DNA of 64,000 bases from Opitutaceae bacterium (GTDB lineage: Bacteria; Verrucomicrobiota; Verrucomicrobiia; Opitutales; Coraliomargaritaceae). Below the pieces are notes generated by a model. It was not told the DNA's origin. It saw only the letters and a program-made list of their open reading frames with translations, and did not search any database. Below, piece by piece: positions 1 through 8,882 of this stretch. Position 1 is the first letter of the stretch; each line of letters opens with the position of its first letter. A program made the translations under genes and the position numbers. The stretch spans positions 416,001 through 480,000 of the forward strand of contig JBPOFY010000002.1 of assembly GCA_051252375.1 (NCBI GenBank), written 5' to 3'.

Positions 1-133
1 GATTTGCCGCCGCCAGCGAATAGCGATCCATCGCCCCACCGACCGGCACCCCGAAGCGACGCCAGCCCGCACGACCAGCATCCTGAATCGATAGCCCCAC
101 CCCAGTAGATAGTATTTCAAGTATCGGCTGCAT
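1..133 (-). CDS. pxpC: 5-oxoprolinase subunit C / allophanate hydrolase subunit 2 family, 5' part only (runs off the window)
   Basis: Manual translation from ATG at 133: MQPILEILSTGVGLSIQDAGRAGWRRFGVPVGGAMD, the family's QDxGRxG...GVPxGGAMD motif. ATG overlaps the pxpB stop (TGATG). Confidence 0.85.
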   Translation of the reverse strand, partial: MQPILEILSTGVGLSIQDAGRAGWRRFGVPVGGAMDRYSLAAAN

Positions 134-801
134 CACTTCTGAGGAATAAATTTCACCCGATCCCCGGGCGCTAAAGCAAACACCGCCTCACTGGCAGGCT
201 TTGCCAACTTAGCCAGCTCCGGTCGAAACAGCGGCAGATCCGTCTGCCCGAGCAAATGCCAGCCTCCTGGACTCGCCACCGAATAAATACCGGCATGCCC
301 GCCACCGATCGCCACCGTCCCTGGAGCGATGTGATTACGCGGCGACGCACGACGCGCCAAATGCAGACGCGGGTCCAAGCCATCTAAATAAGGAAAACCC
401 GGCGCAAAGCCCATCATCCGCACCCTATATTCAGGCGCAGAGTGGATCGCGACCACCTCTGCCTCGCTTAAATGCGTCAATCGAGCCACTTCCGCCAGAT
501 CGGTCCCGTCATAGCGAACCGGCACCTGCACCAAGCGGCCTTGCGCACGAGCATGCTCTGCAGGTTCCGCCAAGCTCTTGACCCAGCGATCGCCCGCATC
601 GACAAATTCCGGCGCGCGAAAAATCAACAGCATGTTCTCATAGCCATGCACCCATTCCAAGAAACCCGCCGGTGGCGCCGTCTGCACCGCGATTTCGACC
701 GCCGCACGCGCGCCATCACTCAATCCTTGGATCAAGATCCCGCACTCCCCGTATAACTGACAATCCGCTTTCAATCCTCTGCGATGACAACCCGTCTCCA
801 T
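133..801 (-). CDS. pxpB: 5-oxoprolinase subunit B (KipI / allophanate hydrolase subunit 1 family)
   Basis: VPVRYDGTDL, MGFAPGFPYL, PGTVAIGG, SPGGWHLLG motifs. Start uncertain: the ORF extends to 873, but 802-873 overlaps a microrepeat. Confidence 0.85.
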   Translation of the reverse strand: METGCHRRGLKADCQLYGECGILIQGLSDGARAAVEIAVQTAPPAGFLEWVHGYENMLLIFRAPEFVDAGDRWVKSLAEPAEHARAQGRLVQVPVRYDGTDLAEVARLTHLSEAEVVAIHSAPEYRVRMMGFAPGFPYLDGLDPRLHLARRASPRNHIAPGTVAIGGGHAGIYSVASPGGWHLLGQTDLPLFRPELAKLAKPASEAVFALAPGDRVKFIPQK

Positions 802-970
802 TCTAGCGTCAAGAGACTGTCTCAATAATTGCAATATAACGATTTTTGACGTCTTCATCGTAATCTCACTCATAATCTTAATCCTCCGTTCACGTTCGTA
901 AGACCTTCTATTACAACGCTTAGATTAAGAGCGCATCAGCCACGCAACCGATTCTATAGGGCTGCAACAA

Positions 971-1106
971 CCGGCGATGACGGAGCATCGCCCTCCACTG
1001 CAGCCATATTCTGGAGGGTTGCGCTCCGTCGCAACCGCAGTATGTTTTATTGGATCGATTCCCACAACCGGCGATGACCATTCGACAAGCTCAGGTTGGA
1101 ACCTCC
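971..1106. repeat. GGAG-type REP cluster: two intact hairpins plus one interrupted copy
   Basis: CCGGCGATGACGGAGCATCGCCCTCC (971-996) and GGAGGGTTGCGCTCCGTCGCAACCG (1013-1037). Same family at 23027 and 55283. Confidence 0.8.
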
Positions 1107-1263
1107 ATTTCAGTCATATTCCAGCGGATTGCTCTCCACATTCAAAACCACCCGCATTTTACAATAAAAGCCCCCAATGGAGCGACATTCCAAAATACCC
1201 TGAAAATAAGCTAAAAACTTCTTGATTAAACCAGCTAGACCTATTTGCTCTCCCACTTTTCCC

Positions 1264-1578
1264 ATGAAAGCCACTATCAAAACACAAGGCCGCCAATTTA
1301 CCGTAACTGAAGGCGATGTTCTCAAACTCAACTCCTTTCCCGAAACGAAAGCAGGAGACACGATTGACATCACAGAAGTCCTCATGATCGGCGAAGGCGC
1401 GGACGCTCGCTTCGGCGCACCTCTCATCGAGGGTGCATCCGTAAAAGCAACTATCCTCGAAAACAAGAAGGACAAAAAAGTCGTCGTCTTTAAAAAGAAG
1501 CGTCGCCAAGGCTACAAAAAGCGCCGCGGCCACCGTCAGCACCTTTCTGTTATTAAAATCGAATCCATCAACGGTTAA
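1264..1578 (+). CDS. rplU: 50S ribosomal protein L21
   Basis: [14 protein letters not shown]...KKRRGHRQ; directly upstream of rpmA. Confidence 0.97.
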   Translation: MKATIKTQGRQFTVTEGDVLKLNSFPETKAGDTIDITEVLMIGEGADARFGAPLIEGASVKATILENKKDKKVVVFKKKRRQGYKKRRGHRQHLSVIKIESING

Positions 1579-1601
1579 TCCAACCAAGGAGAACTTAAGC
1601 T

Positions 1602-1856
1602 ATGTCACATAAAAAAGGACAAGGAACTTCACGCAACGGTCGCGATAGCCACTCAAAGCGCCTCGGCGTTAAGAAATTCGGCGGCGAGACTGTTATTGCA
1701 GGTAACATCATCTTACGTCAACGCGGCACAAAATACCACCCAGGCGTCAACGTCGGTATGGGTCGTGACCACACACTCTTCGCTCTGAAAGACGGCAACG
1801 TCGCTTTCGACAAGGAACACCGCAAGATCAACGTTGTTGAACTAGCGACTGCGTAA
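1602..1856 (+). CDS. rpmA: 50S ribosomal protein L27
   Basis: [24 protein letters not shown]. Confidence 0.98.
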   Translation: MSHKKGQGTSRNGRDSHSKRLGVKKFGGETVIAGNIILRQRGTKYHPGVNVGMGRDHTLFALKDGNVAFDKEHRKINVVELATA

Positions 1857-1882
1857 GACGATTTTAAATCGACAAAACTTTC

Positions 1883-1917
1883 AAAATCCCGCCTCCTTCT
1901 AGGAGCGGGATTTTTTT
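1883..1917 (+). terminator. Rho-independent terminator
   Basis: AAAATCCCGC-CTCCTTCTAGGA-GCGGGATTTTTTT hairpin plus T run after rpmA. Confidence 0.8.
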
Positions 1918-2289
1918 ATGGACCAATCACTTGAAGAGCTACGCGCACAACGCGAACTGATACGAAAGCATCTGGAATGGATCGACCGACAGCTCGCGGC
2001 CGCTGAAACCGGTAAGCCCAGCGAACCAACAAGCGAAACCACCAGCCCGTCCGAAGCTCCAGAAACTCCCAAAGCTTCGCCGGTCAAGACCGCCCCACCC
2101 GCAGAAGCAACGGAAGGCACTGCTGCCCCCGAAGGAAGCAAAGTCTTCGTCAACGACGACCCCGAACGCCTACACGCACCCGCCCCGGTCGATCTCACAC
2201 GCGCAAAGATCGGTTGCCTCGCCCTTTTCTTCCTCAGCTCCTTCCTCTTCCTCTTCCTGCTCTTCGGCTTGCCGTATTTGATGGATTAG
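1918..2289 (+). CDS. Hypothetical protein: N-terminal coiled coil, Pro/Thr-rich linker, C-terminal TM helix
   Basis: 123 aa ORF with hydrophobic C-terminus. Confidence 0.65.
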   Translation: MDQSLEELRAQRELIRKHLEWIDRQLAAAETGKPSEPTSETTSPSEAPETPKASPVKTAPPAEATEGTAAPEGSKVFVNDDPERLHAPAPVDLTRAKIGCLALFFLSSFLFLFLLFGLPYLMD

Positions 2290-2345
2290 GCGTCAGATCA
2301 GGGAAAAGTGAATAGAGAAAATGGAAAGCCCACCAGACGATATAT

Positions 2346-2434
2346 TTAACCGCAGAGGCCGCAGAGAGATAAAAGAAGAAATAACTCACTCCACCTCAGC
2401 GTCCTCAGCGTTCTCAAGCGAAGCGGGCGGTTAA
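2346..2434. repeat. Palindromic MITE-like element
   Basis: TTAACCGC...GCGGTTAA termini, with internal CGCAGAGG / CCTCAGCG 9-mer units. Confidence 0.55.
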
Positions 2435-2507
2435 TAAAAGCATCTGATCAGCCACGGATCCAGAATCTTGCAGCAGTTGGAATATCTTACACGTTCGTTC
2501 CAATTTT

Positions 2508-2831
2508 TTAGTGTATCGATTCGGCTTCACACTCATCGCAGAAGTAGCACTGCTTCGTTCCAGAAAATAAGGTTCTTTTCACCTTTCCTTCGATCTCTCT
2601 CATCGAGGTAGATCCACAGCTAGGGCAAGTCACTGACTCCCTTTCTTCGTTTTCATCAATAACTTCAAAAATGATGTAGGCATCTTCTGCTCTATCTTCT
2701 TCGACGTAAAGATCCCAAGTGCTTAGCTCGCCTCCGCTTTCTCGGATCTCATAGGGGATTCCGTTTTCTTTTAGGAGCGCTTCAATGGGCGGAAGTGCTG
2801 CTTGATCGTGATACTGTGCTATGAGTTTCAT
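2508..2831 (-). CDS. Cassette 5: DUF2007-like N-terminal domain plus C-terminal zinc ribbon
   Basis: LLKENGIPY..L.V.E pattern, CPSCGS...CDEC. Preceded by GTTCGAT (2844-2838) and followed by the inverse core AACGAAC (2499-2493). Confidence 0.7.
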   Translation of the reverse strand: MKLIAQYHDQAALPPIEALLKENGIPYEIRESGGELSTWDLYVEEDRAEDAYIIFEVIDENEERESVTCPSCGSTSMREIEGKVKRTLFSGTKQCYFCDECEAESIH

Positions 2832-2837
2832 TTGTTT

Positions 2838-2878
2838 ATCGAACGTCTCGACTGGGTATGCATCAGTTTTTGTAGATA
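2838..2878 (-). mobile_element. Very short or atypical attC of the TA cassette
   Basis: Minus strand TATCTAC-aaaa-ACTG...CAGT-cgagac-GTTCGAT. TAC matches the GTA core that opens this cassette. Confidence 0.45.
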
Positions 2879-3123
2879 TCTCTACGATGTCTTACTTTGA
2901 CGACATTGACGATTAGTTCCTGATCGATCACCTGATACAGAATTCGATAGTTGCCCTGCCTGATTCTATATTTCTCTTGCCCGGAAAGCTTTTTACTTCC
3001 CGCGGGGTGAGGATTGCTAGCAAGGCTTCGGATTTTTTCAATGATGCGAACTCGGTCTTTGATTTCGATCCTCTCGATTTCCTTTGCAGCCGATTTCTTG
3101 ATGACAATTCTATAGTTTCCCAT
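2863..3123 (-). CDS. relE: RelE/ParE family toxin (cassette 4)
   Basis: KKLSGQEKYRIRQGNYRILY...VRHRRDIY; overlaps the upstream antitoxin. Confidence 0.9.
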   Translation of the reverse strand: MGNYRIVIKKSAAKEIERIEIKDRVRIIEKIRSLASNPHPAGSKKLSGQEKYRIRQGNYRILYQVIDQELIVNVVKVRHRRDIYKN

Positions 3124-3331
3124 TTTCTTTGAGGGAGGCTACGAAAGCTTCGAAATCGATTACTGGCTCATCCTCTCTTTCTTTGAATGCCTCCAGGTCT
3201 TCTGCGTCCTCAAACAGGGCAGATCGCACCGCGTCATTTACAAGTTCAGATACCGGAGATGAGACCTCAGCCGATTTCATTTTCAAGGCTTTGTGAAGAT
3301 CTTCTTCAAAATAGACAGTGGCGCGCTTCAT
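3110..3331 (-). CDS. CopG/ribbon-helix-helix antitoxin (cassette 4)
   Basis: MKRATVYFEEDLHKALKMKSA...VSELVNDAVR with acidic C-terminus; upstream of relE. Confidence 0.88.
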   Translation of the reverse strand: MKRATVYFEEDLHKALKMKSAEVSSPVSELVNDAVRSALFEDAEDLEAFKEREDEPVIDFEAFVASLKENGKL

Positions 3332-3333
3332 AG

Positions 3334-3367
3334 TTTAGCACTAAAACGTTAAAGCGCTAAATGTCAA
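3334..3367 (-). promoter_or_regulatory. TA cassette internal promoter/operator
   Basis: TTGACA on the minus strand (3367-3362) followed by near-palindromes TTTAGCGCTTTA and TTTAGTGCTAAA just before the ATG. Confidence 0.6.
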
Positions 3368-3376
3368 TTTCTTTAC

Positions 3377-3445
3377 CGTGTACGTGGAGGGGATGCATAG
3401 ATGAGCGCCAGCGAAATCTATTGTCCATCTCCCGACTGGTTCGCA
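3377..3445 (-). mobile_element. attC site (cassette 3), with GTA core
   Basis: Minus strand TGCGAAC...hairpin ATAGATTTCGCTGGCGCTCATCTAT...GTACACG; 69 bp; shares its centre with the attC at 3832. Confidence 0.8.
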
Positions 3446-3825
3446 CCAGTTACGTTTATGGCTGCATTTGTCTGAGCGGCTTCATAATCTCGGTTCGCTG
3501 CTACGGCAATTAATTCAATGACAGAGATGATGGTGAATGCGATTATAGTGTGTGATATCACGTAAATTAAAAGCCCTCGTTCATCTGTTCCGATCGGAGA
3601 AAATTCACTTGAAAGTATATTCGCGTATCCACCAGTTAACTTGAAGGTGATCATCGCGATTGGCCCGAGGGCAGCGATTGCAAGGCGGAACCTCATATAG
3701 CCCCTGAGGCTTTTATTTTTCTTTTTTAGGGAGCGAAAGGGGATATGCAGCATAAATGCCAACGCCAGACCTAAGGCGATTGGAACCACAAAATAGATAA
3801 CAAGCAGAATGGGGATTATTATCAT
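3418..3825 (-). CDS. Cassette 3: small membrane protein (about 3 TM)
   Basis: 135 aa, AT-rich, stop codon inside attC. Confidence 0.75.
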   Translation of the reverse strand: MIIIPILLVIYFVVPIALGLALAFMLHIPFRSLKKKNKSLRGYMRFRLAIAALGPIAMITFKLTGGYANILSSEFSPIGTDERGLLIYVISHTIIAFTIISVIELIAVAANRDYEAAQTNAAINVTGANQSGDGQ

Positions 3826-3831
3826 TTTCTT

Positions 3832-3899
3832 AGCGAACGTAGAGGTGTGATATAGATGAGCGGTAGCGAAATCTATTGATCACCACCGTCTGGTTGGCT
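3832..3899 (-). mobile_element. attC site (cassette 2)
   Basis: Minus strand AGCCAAC...GTTCGCT, 68 bp imperfect palindrome. AGCCAAC is complementary to the cassette start GTTGGCT. Confidence 0.88.
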
Positions 3900-4463
3900 C
3901 TTGTCTTTCCATTTGTGATTTACGAAATATTCGTAGCTGGAGAAGTATTCTTTATCTTCAATTGTATCGCAATCGCAATGAGTGCATCTAGGTAAACAAT
4001 ATTGCCCACCGCATTCGCACTGTGGCAATGGCTCTTCATCATACCCCGATTGCATCCACACATTTCCGCACGAGTTGCATATGGACGGATAACGATCATC
4101 AAAGCCAGACTGTCCAAAACTTATGTATTCCTTTTTACACCCTTGGCATGTGTTTCGAATCGCGCATTCGAATGGACCTCGATAATGAACTATTTCTTTC
4201 CATTCTGGTTCCGAATACATCCGAAGCGTATCGTCCTTTTCATACGACTTAATCTTCTTTGCTAAGCTCGAAATTGATGGGAGTGCTTGGACTGCACCTG
4301 GGTAAAATGAAAATGCTCCTTTCCACTGTTCGTAGGCATTGTATAGGCAGTAGCCATCCTCCAGTGACGGATTCAATTCACTGATTTTATCTATGACGGC
4401 GGTTTCGCCCGACATCTGCCGCTCGACAAGGTCTGCAAACGACTGAAGCTTTTCTGTGTTCAT
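3873..4463 (-). CDS. Cassette 2: Cys-rich (CxxC zinc-ribbon) hypothetical protein
   Basis: CQGC, CNSC, CECGG, CTHC motifs; stop codon inside attC. Confidence 0.75.
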   Translation of the reverse strand: MNTEKLQSFADLVERQMSGETAVIDKISELNPSLEDGYCLYNAYEQWKGAFSFYPGAVQALPSISSLAKKIKSYEKDDTLRMYSEPEWKEIVHYRGPFECAIRNTCQGCKKEYISFGQSGFDDRYPSICNSCGNVWMQSGYDEEPLPQCECGGQYCLPRCTHCDCDTIEDKEYFSSYEYFVNHKWKDKSQPDGGDQ

Positions 4464-4471
4464 TTATTCTT

Positions 4472-4963
<492 letters not shown>

Positions 4964-4971
4964 TTTATTTC

Positions 4972-5273
4972 TGCGAACAAGTTATTATGTCATTTTGTCA
5001 TATTCTTCTGGGATCGGCTGTCAAACGTCCTTTAAGGGAGCAAAAATAGGATTTCCTAATGTCATATCATTCCAATGGGGATAATATGACAATGAGATAT
5101 TATTCCTCGCTTGCTTCAAAAGCGCCTAGATTGGTTCCTAGAAGAATGTCAGGCGTAGGCGGCAAGCGCGCCTTTGGGATTACTAATAAGCGTCACATAA
5201 GCGTCCATAAGCGGTAAGGCTCCACGTCATCGTTGAACGACTCAGGGAAGCCTTTAAGCCACTCGTGGCCTCT
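4972..5273 (-). mobile_element. Integron-like platform 1 (attI-like site plus Pc-like leader), no intI
   Basis: TAATAACTT-GTTCGCA core; clearly homologous to 34307-34621. Confidence 0.7.
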
Positions 5274-5326
5274 CGGATCGATCCATTCGACACAGGCTCA
5301 TGGTGAAAAGGGATAACGATCCCTAC
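5274..5326 (-). repeat. Extended GTAG REP
   Basis: GTAGGGATCGTTATCC-insert-GGATCGATCCG. Near-identical copies at 34622-34673 and 34697-34748; same 5' 16 nt as the REP beside the RAYT gene. Confidence 0.85.
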
Positions 5327-5335
5327 CCATACAGT

Positions 5336-6487
5336 CTAAAGCAACTGTGCGCCCTGCCCTGCTTGGGTGTGGATGACGGTGGCTTCCAAGCCATGCTCGG
5401 CTTGATAGGCGGCTGCCACGACTGCGGCATGCTCGGCTCCAAACTCGGCTCCAGTGAAGGCCATCACGGCTCCACCAAATCCGCCGCCGGTGAGACGGGC
5501 GCCATAGACATAGGGTTGTTTTTTCAACAAATCGACCAGTGTATCGAGCTCAGGGATACTGTTCTCGAAATTGACGCGTGAGCTTTCATGCGAGGCACTG
5601 ATTGCTGCACCAACCGCCGCTAGATCACCCACAGCCAAAGCAGACTCCACCGCACCAACGCGGGCGTTTTCTGTCACCACATGCAAGGCACGGCGAAAGA
5701 GCACATCGCCAAGCTCGGCCTCGCAGGCACGCACTTGTGCTTCGTCGAGTTGCGAAAGTGTTGCTGCTTCGGGGAAGCGTTTTTGCAGGATCGCCAAGGC
5801 GTCCTTACATTCTTGGAAACGATCCGCATAGGCTGAATCGACCAGCGCATGCTTCTTGTTGGAATTCAAAATCCAGAAGTGTGTGTCCTTCGGCATTAGC
5901 TTAGTGCGGAAGACTTCGGTCGCGCAATCGATCAACACGATCGAATCGGCTTCACCAAAAGCAGACACCCCTTGATCCAAAATACCGCAAGGCATGCCAA
6001 CAAATTCGTTTTCGGCCTTACGTCCGATACGGGCGAAGCCCACGGTGTCGGTTTCGAAACCATAGAGCGCTGCAAGCGCCTTGGCGGTAGCGAGCTCAAA
6101 CGCGGCGCTACTGCTCATCCCGGCACCTGCTGGCAGTGTGCTAGTGACTGCGATGTTGTAGCCCACTGGCATTTTCATGCCGAGGCCGCGCATGACACAT
6201 GTCACACCGACAGGATAGTTCGTCCACGAAGCAGGTCCTTTGATCGGTTTCAAATCGTCGAGCGCGATCTCCATCGCGGCGGCGCCGTCACTGACCAAGC
6301 CGATGTTCTGATCATCGCGAAGTGCCACACAAACGGTGATTCCTTCTGTCACAGCGACGCCCATCACAAGCCCACCGTTATAATCGGTATGATTGCCGAT
6401 AAACTCGATACGACCGGGGGCAAAGGCGGCAAATGCCGGCTCGGCATTGAATTGCGACTTAAAGAATTGCTTCGTTTTTTCAGACAT
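5336..6487 (-). CDS. galK: Galactokinase
   Basis: APGRIEFIGNHTDYNGG, PAGAGMSSSAA, GARLTGGGFGG. Confidence 0.93.
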   Translation of the reverse strand: MSEKTKQFFKSQFNAEPAFAAFAPGRIEFIGNHTDYNGGLVMGVAVTEGITVCVALRDDQNIGLVSDGAAAMEIALDDLKPIKGPASWTNYPVGVTCVMRGLGMKMPVGYNIAVTSTLPAGAGMSSSAAFELATAKALAALYGFETDTVGFARIGRKAENEFVGMPCGILDQGVSAFGEADSIVLIDCATEVFRTKLMPKDTHFWILNSNKKHALVDSAYADRFQECKDALAILQKRFPEAATLSQLDEAQVRACEAELGDVLFRRALHVVTENARVGAVESALAVGDLAAVGAAISASHESSRVNFENSIPELDTLVDLLKKQPYVYGARLTGGGFGGAVMAFTGAEFGAEHAAVVAAAYQAEHGLEATVIHTQAGQGAQLL

Positions 6488-6511
6488 GGGGATGGGGATA
6501 CGGGGTTACTG

Positions 6512-8179
6512 CTAAGAATTAGATTTTGCCCAAGAATCTCTCAGGGCGACGGTCCGATTAAAGACCAGCGCATCGGGGGCAGAAAGTTGACTGTCGGGGC
6601 AAAAATACCCGATACGCTCAAACTGACAAGTCTCGCCGAGAGGCAGGCTCGCGAGGCTGGGCTCACAATAAGCGGTGCTTTCGGTGACGGAATCAGGGTT
6701 CACAAACTCAACGAACTCTTTCTCCTTATCACCTTCGGGTTTTTCGACTGAAAAGAGGCGATCAAACATCCGCACCTTGGACTGCACTGCGTGGTCGCGA
6801 CTGACCCAGTGAATCACTCCCTTCACCTTACGGTCTTCAGGGTTTTTATTCAAGGTGTCGTGGTCCACACTGCAAAGCAGCTTAATCGGATTACCGGCTT
6901 CGTCTTTAATCACTTCGTCGCACTTAATGATGTAGCCGAAACGTAAGCGGACCTCGCCGTCTTTCTTCAAGCGGAAGAACTTACGGTTGGCTTCTTCCTT
7001 AAAGTCGTCCTGCTCAATCAACAGGTGCTTGCTGAATGGAATCTTGCGCATGCCGGCTGATTCGTCTCCAGGGTTATTGATGCCATCGACCTCAACGACT
7101 TCACCTTCCGGCCAATTCGTCAATTCGATCTCGATGGGGTTCAAGACAGCCATGCGACGAACCGCAACCTCGTTCAGTTCTTGGCGGACCGCATGTTCAA
7201 GCAGTGCGACATCACTTGTCGAAGGGACTTTGGTGATGCCCACCGTGGCACAAAACTGACGAATCGCTGCGGCAGGATAACCGCGGCGGCGCATTCCGCA
7301 GAGTGTCGGCATGCGGGGATCGTCCCAACCTGTGACGTGACCACCCTCCACCAGATCGCGCAGCTTGCGCTTGCTGACCACAGTGTAAGTCAAATTCAGG
7401 CGGGCAAACTCGGTTTGCTTGGACGGAAAGATGCCGAGCTTGTCGATAAACCAATCGTAGAGCGGGCGGTGGTCTTGAAACTCAAGCGAGCAGAGCGAGT
7501 GCGTGATCCCTTCCAAGGAGTCACTCTGGCCGTGCGTAAAGTCATAGCTGGGGTAAATGCACCATGCATCCCCCACTCGGTGGTGATGCATACGCTTGAT
7601 GCGATACATGACCGGATCGCGCATGTTCATGTTCGGATGCGTCATGTCGATTTTGGCGCGGAGCACTTTAGTCCCGTCCTCAAACTCGCCCGCGCGCATG
7701 CGCTTAAATAAATCAAGGTTCTCTTCGATCGGACGCTCCCGATGCGGGCTCGGCTTGCCCGGCTCTGTGATGGAACCGCGATAGACCCGCATCTCGTCGA
7801 AACTCAGTTCCTCGACATAGGCATCGCCCGACTCAATCAGTTGGATCGCCCAAAGATACAGCTGCTCGAAATAATCGCTGGCGAAACAGATCTTCGCCCA
7901 GTCGTAGCCCAACCATTTGATGTCTTCCTGAATGGCTTGCACGAACTCGTCGCTCTCCTTTTCAGGATTGGTGTCGTCGAAGCGCAGGTTGCAAAGACCG
8001 CCAAACTCCTTAGCGATCTCGAAATTCAGGCAGATCGCTTTGGCATGACCGATCTGGAGATAACCATTCGGCTCAGGCGGGAAACGTGTTTGCACACGCC
8101 CATCATGTTTACCAGCAGCCACATCGGCTGCCACCATTTGGCGGATAAAATCGGTCGGCGTATCGGAAGCGTCTGACAT
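6512..8179 (-). CDS. glnS: Glutamine--tRNA ligase
   Basis: TRFPPEPNGYLQIGHAK, RFDDTNP, VVSKRKL, QFERIGYF. Confidence 0.96.
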   Translation of the reverse strand: MSDASDTPTDFIRQMVAADVAAGKHDGRVQTRFPPEPNGYLQIGHAKAICLNFEIAKEFGGLCNLRFDDTNPEKESDEFVQAIQEDIKWLGYDWAKICFASDYFEQLYLWAIQLIESGDAYVEELSFDEMRVYRGSITEPGKPSPHRERPIEENLDLFKRMRAGEFEDGTKVLRAKIDMTHPNMNMRDPVMYRIKRMHHHRVGDAWCIYPSYDFTHGQSDSLEGITHSLCSLEFQDHRPLYDWFIDKLGIFPSKQTEFARLNLTYTVVSKRKLRDLVEGGHVTGWDDPRMPTLCGMRRRGYPAAAIRQFCATVGITKVPSTSDVALLEHAVRQELNEVAVRRMAVLNPIEIELTNWPEGEVVEVDGINNPGDESAGMRKIPFSKHLLIEQDDFKEEANRKFFRLKKDGEVRLRFGYIIKCDEVIKDEAGNPIKLLCSVDHDTLNKNPEDRKVKGVIHWVSRDHAVQSKVRMFDRLFSVEKPEGDKEKEFVEFVNPDSVTESTAYCEPSLASLPLGETCQFERIGYFCPDSQLSAPDALVFNRTVALRDSWAKSNS

Positions 8180-8235
8180 AAGCGGTGAAGCAAAACGCAG
8201 CCGATGGTCCTGTGCCAGTCAAAAAGAATAGAAAC

Positions 8236-8408
8236 GTAGGGGGCAAAGGCGCGTAAGTCAGACAAGGGCGCGGGGACGTCGACCCTACTTGCACGATACG
8301 CGGCTCAGACGTGTGGCGATGGAGACCAATGTAACGGTAGGGACGCCTGCCCTCAGGCGTCCGCTATATTAGCTTCAGCCTCGGACGCCTAGGGGCAGGC
8401 GTCCCTAC
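8236..8408. repeat. GTAG REP doublet (REPIN, 8337-8408) plus a degenerate copy (8236-8288)
   Basis: GTAGGGACGCCTGCCCTCAGGCGTCCG...CGGACGCCTAGGGGCAGGCGTCCCTAC. Confidence 0.85.
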
Positions 8409-8421
8409 CCCTATAAAAATA

Positions 8422-8808
8422 TCAGTTCCTTCTATTGTTACTGCGCTGTTGCCTCTTCTTTTTATTCTTTGCTGCGTTGGCTTTCCTCTTTGCAGCTGCC
8501 ACCTTGGCAGCGGCGGCTTTCTTCGCGGCTTCCGCCCTCTTCTTTGCGACCAACGAGTTTAAATTCTGAAATTCACTCAGCTCCAAGCGGCCGTTACCAT
8601 TTTCATCGAGTTTTCCGAAATGAACCCGCAACTCTTTATTCTCAGAGCGCTGTGCTTCCGACTTCGAGATATCCTGACTTTCGTTCGTATCAATCGCCTT
8701 AAAAGCAGCATTGCCTTCGTTCGCCTTTGCTGGCGCAGCAAATGAAAGAGATGGAGCGATCCAGGTCGCACAGGCGATCAGTCCGAGAAGGATAGGTTTT
8801 ATATTCAT
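8422..8808 (-). CDS. Secreted EF-hand protein with basic Lys/Ala tail
   Basis: Signal peptide; DTNESQDISKSE and DENGNGRLELSE loops. Confidence 0.75.
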   Translation of the reverse strand: MNIKPILLGLIACATWIAPSLSFAAPAKANEGNAAFKAIDTNESQDISKSEAQRSENKELRVHFGKLDENGNGRLELSEFQNLNSLVAKKRAEAAKKAAAAKVAAAKRKANAAKNKKKRQQRSNNRRN

Positions 8809-8882
8809 CTAGTGTATTCAGTCAGAAAATAGGCTATAGCGCACTAATAGAATGTAGCCGCACTGAAAAGCTCTCCTAAACG

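Noticed and set aside
5146..5217. Short + strand ORF (MSGVGGKRAFGITNK...) in the platform as an intI remnant or leader peptide
   Set aside because: Some differences from copy 2 look synonymous, but copy 2 has an early TAG, the reverse frame is also interrupted, and there is no tyrosine-recombinase motif.
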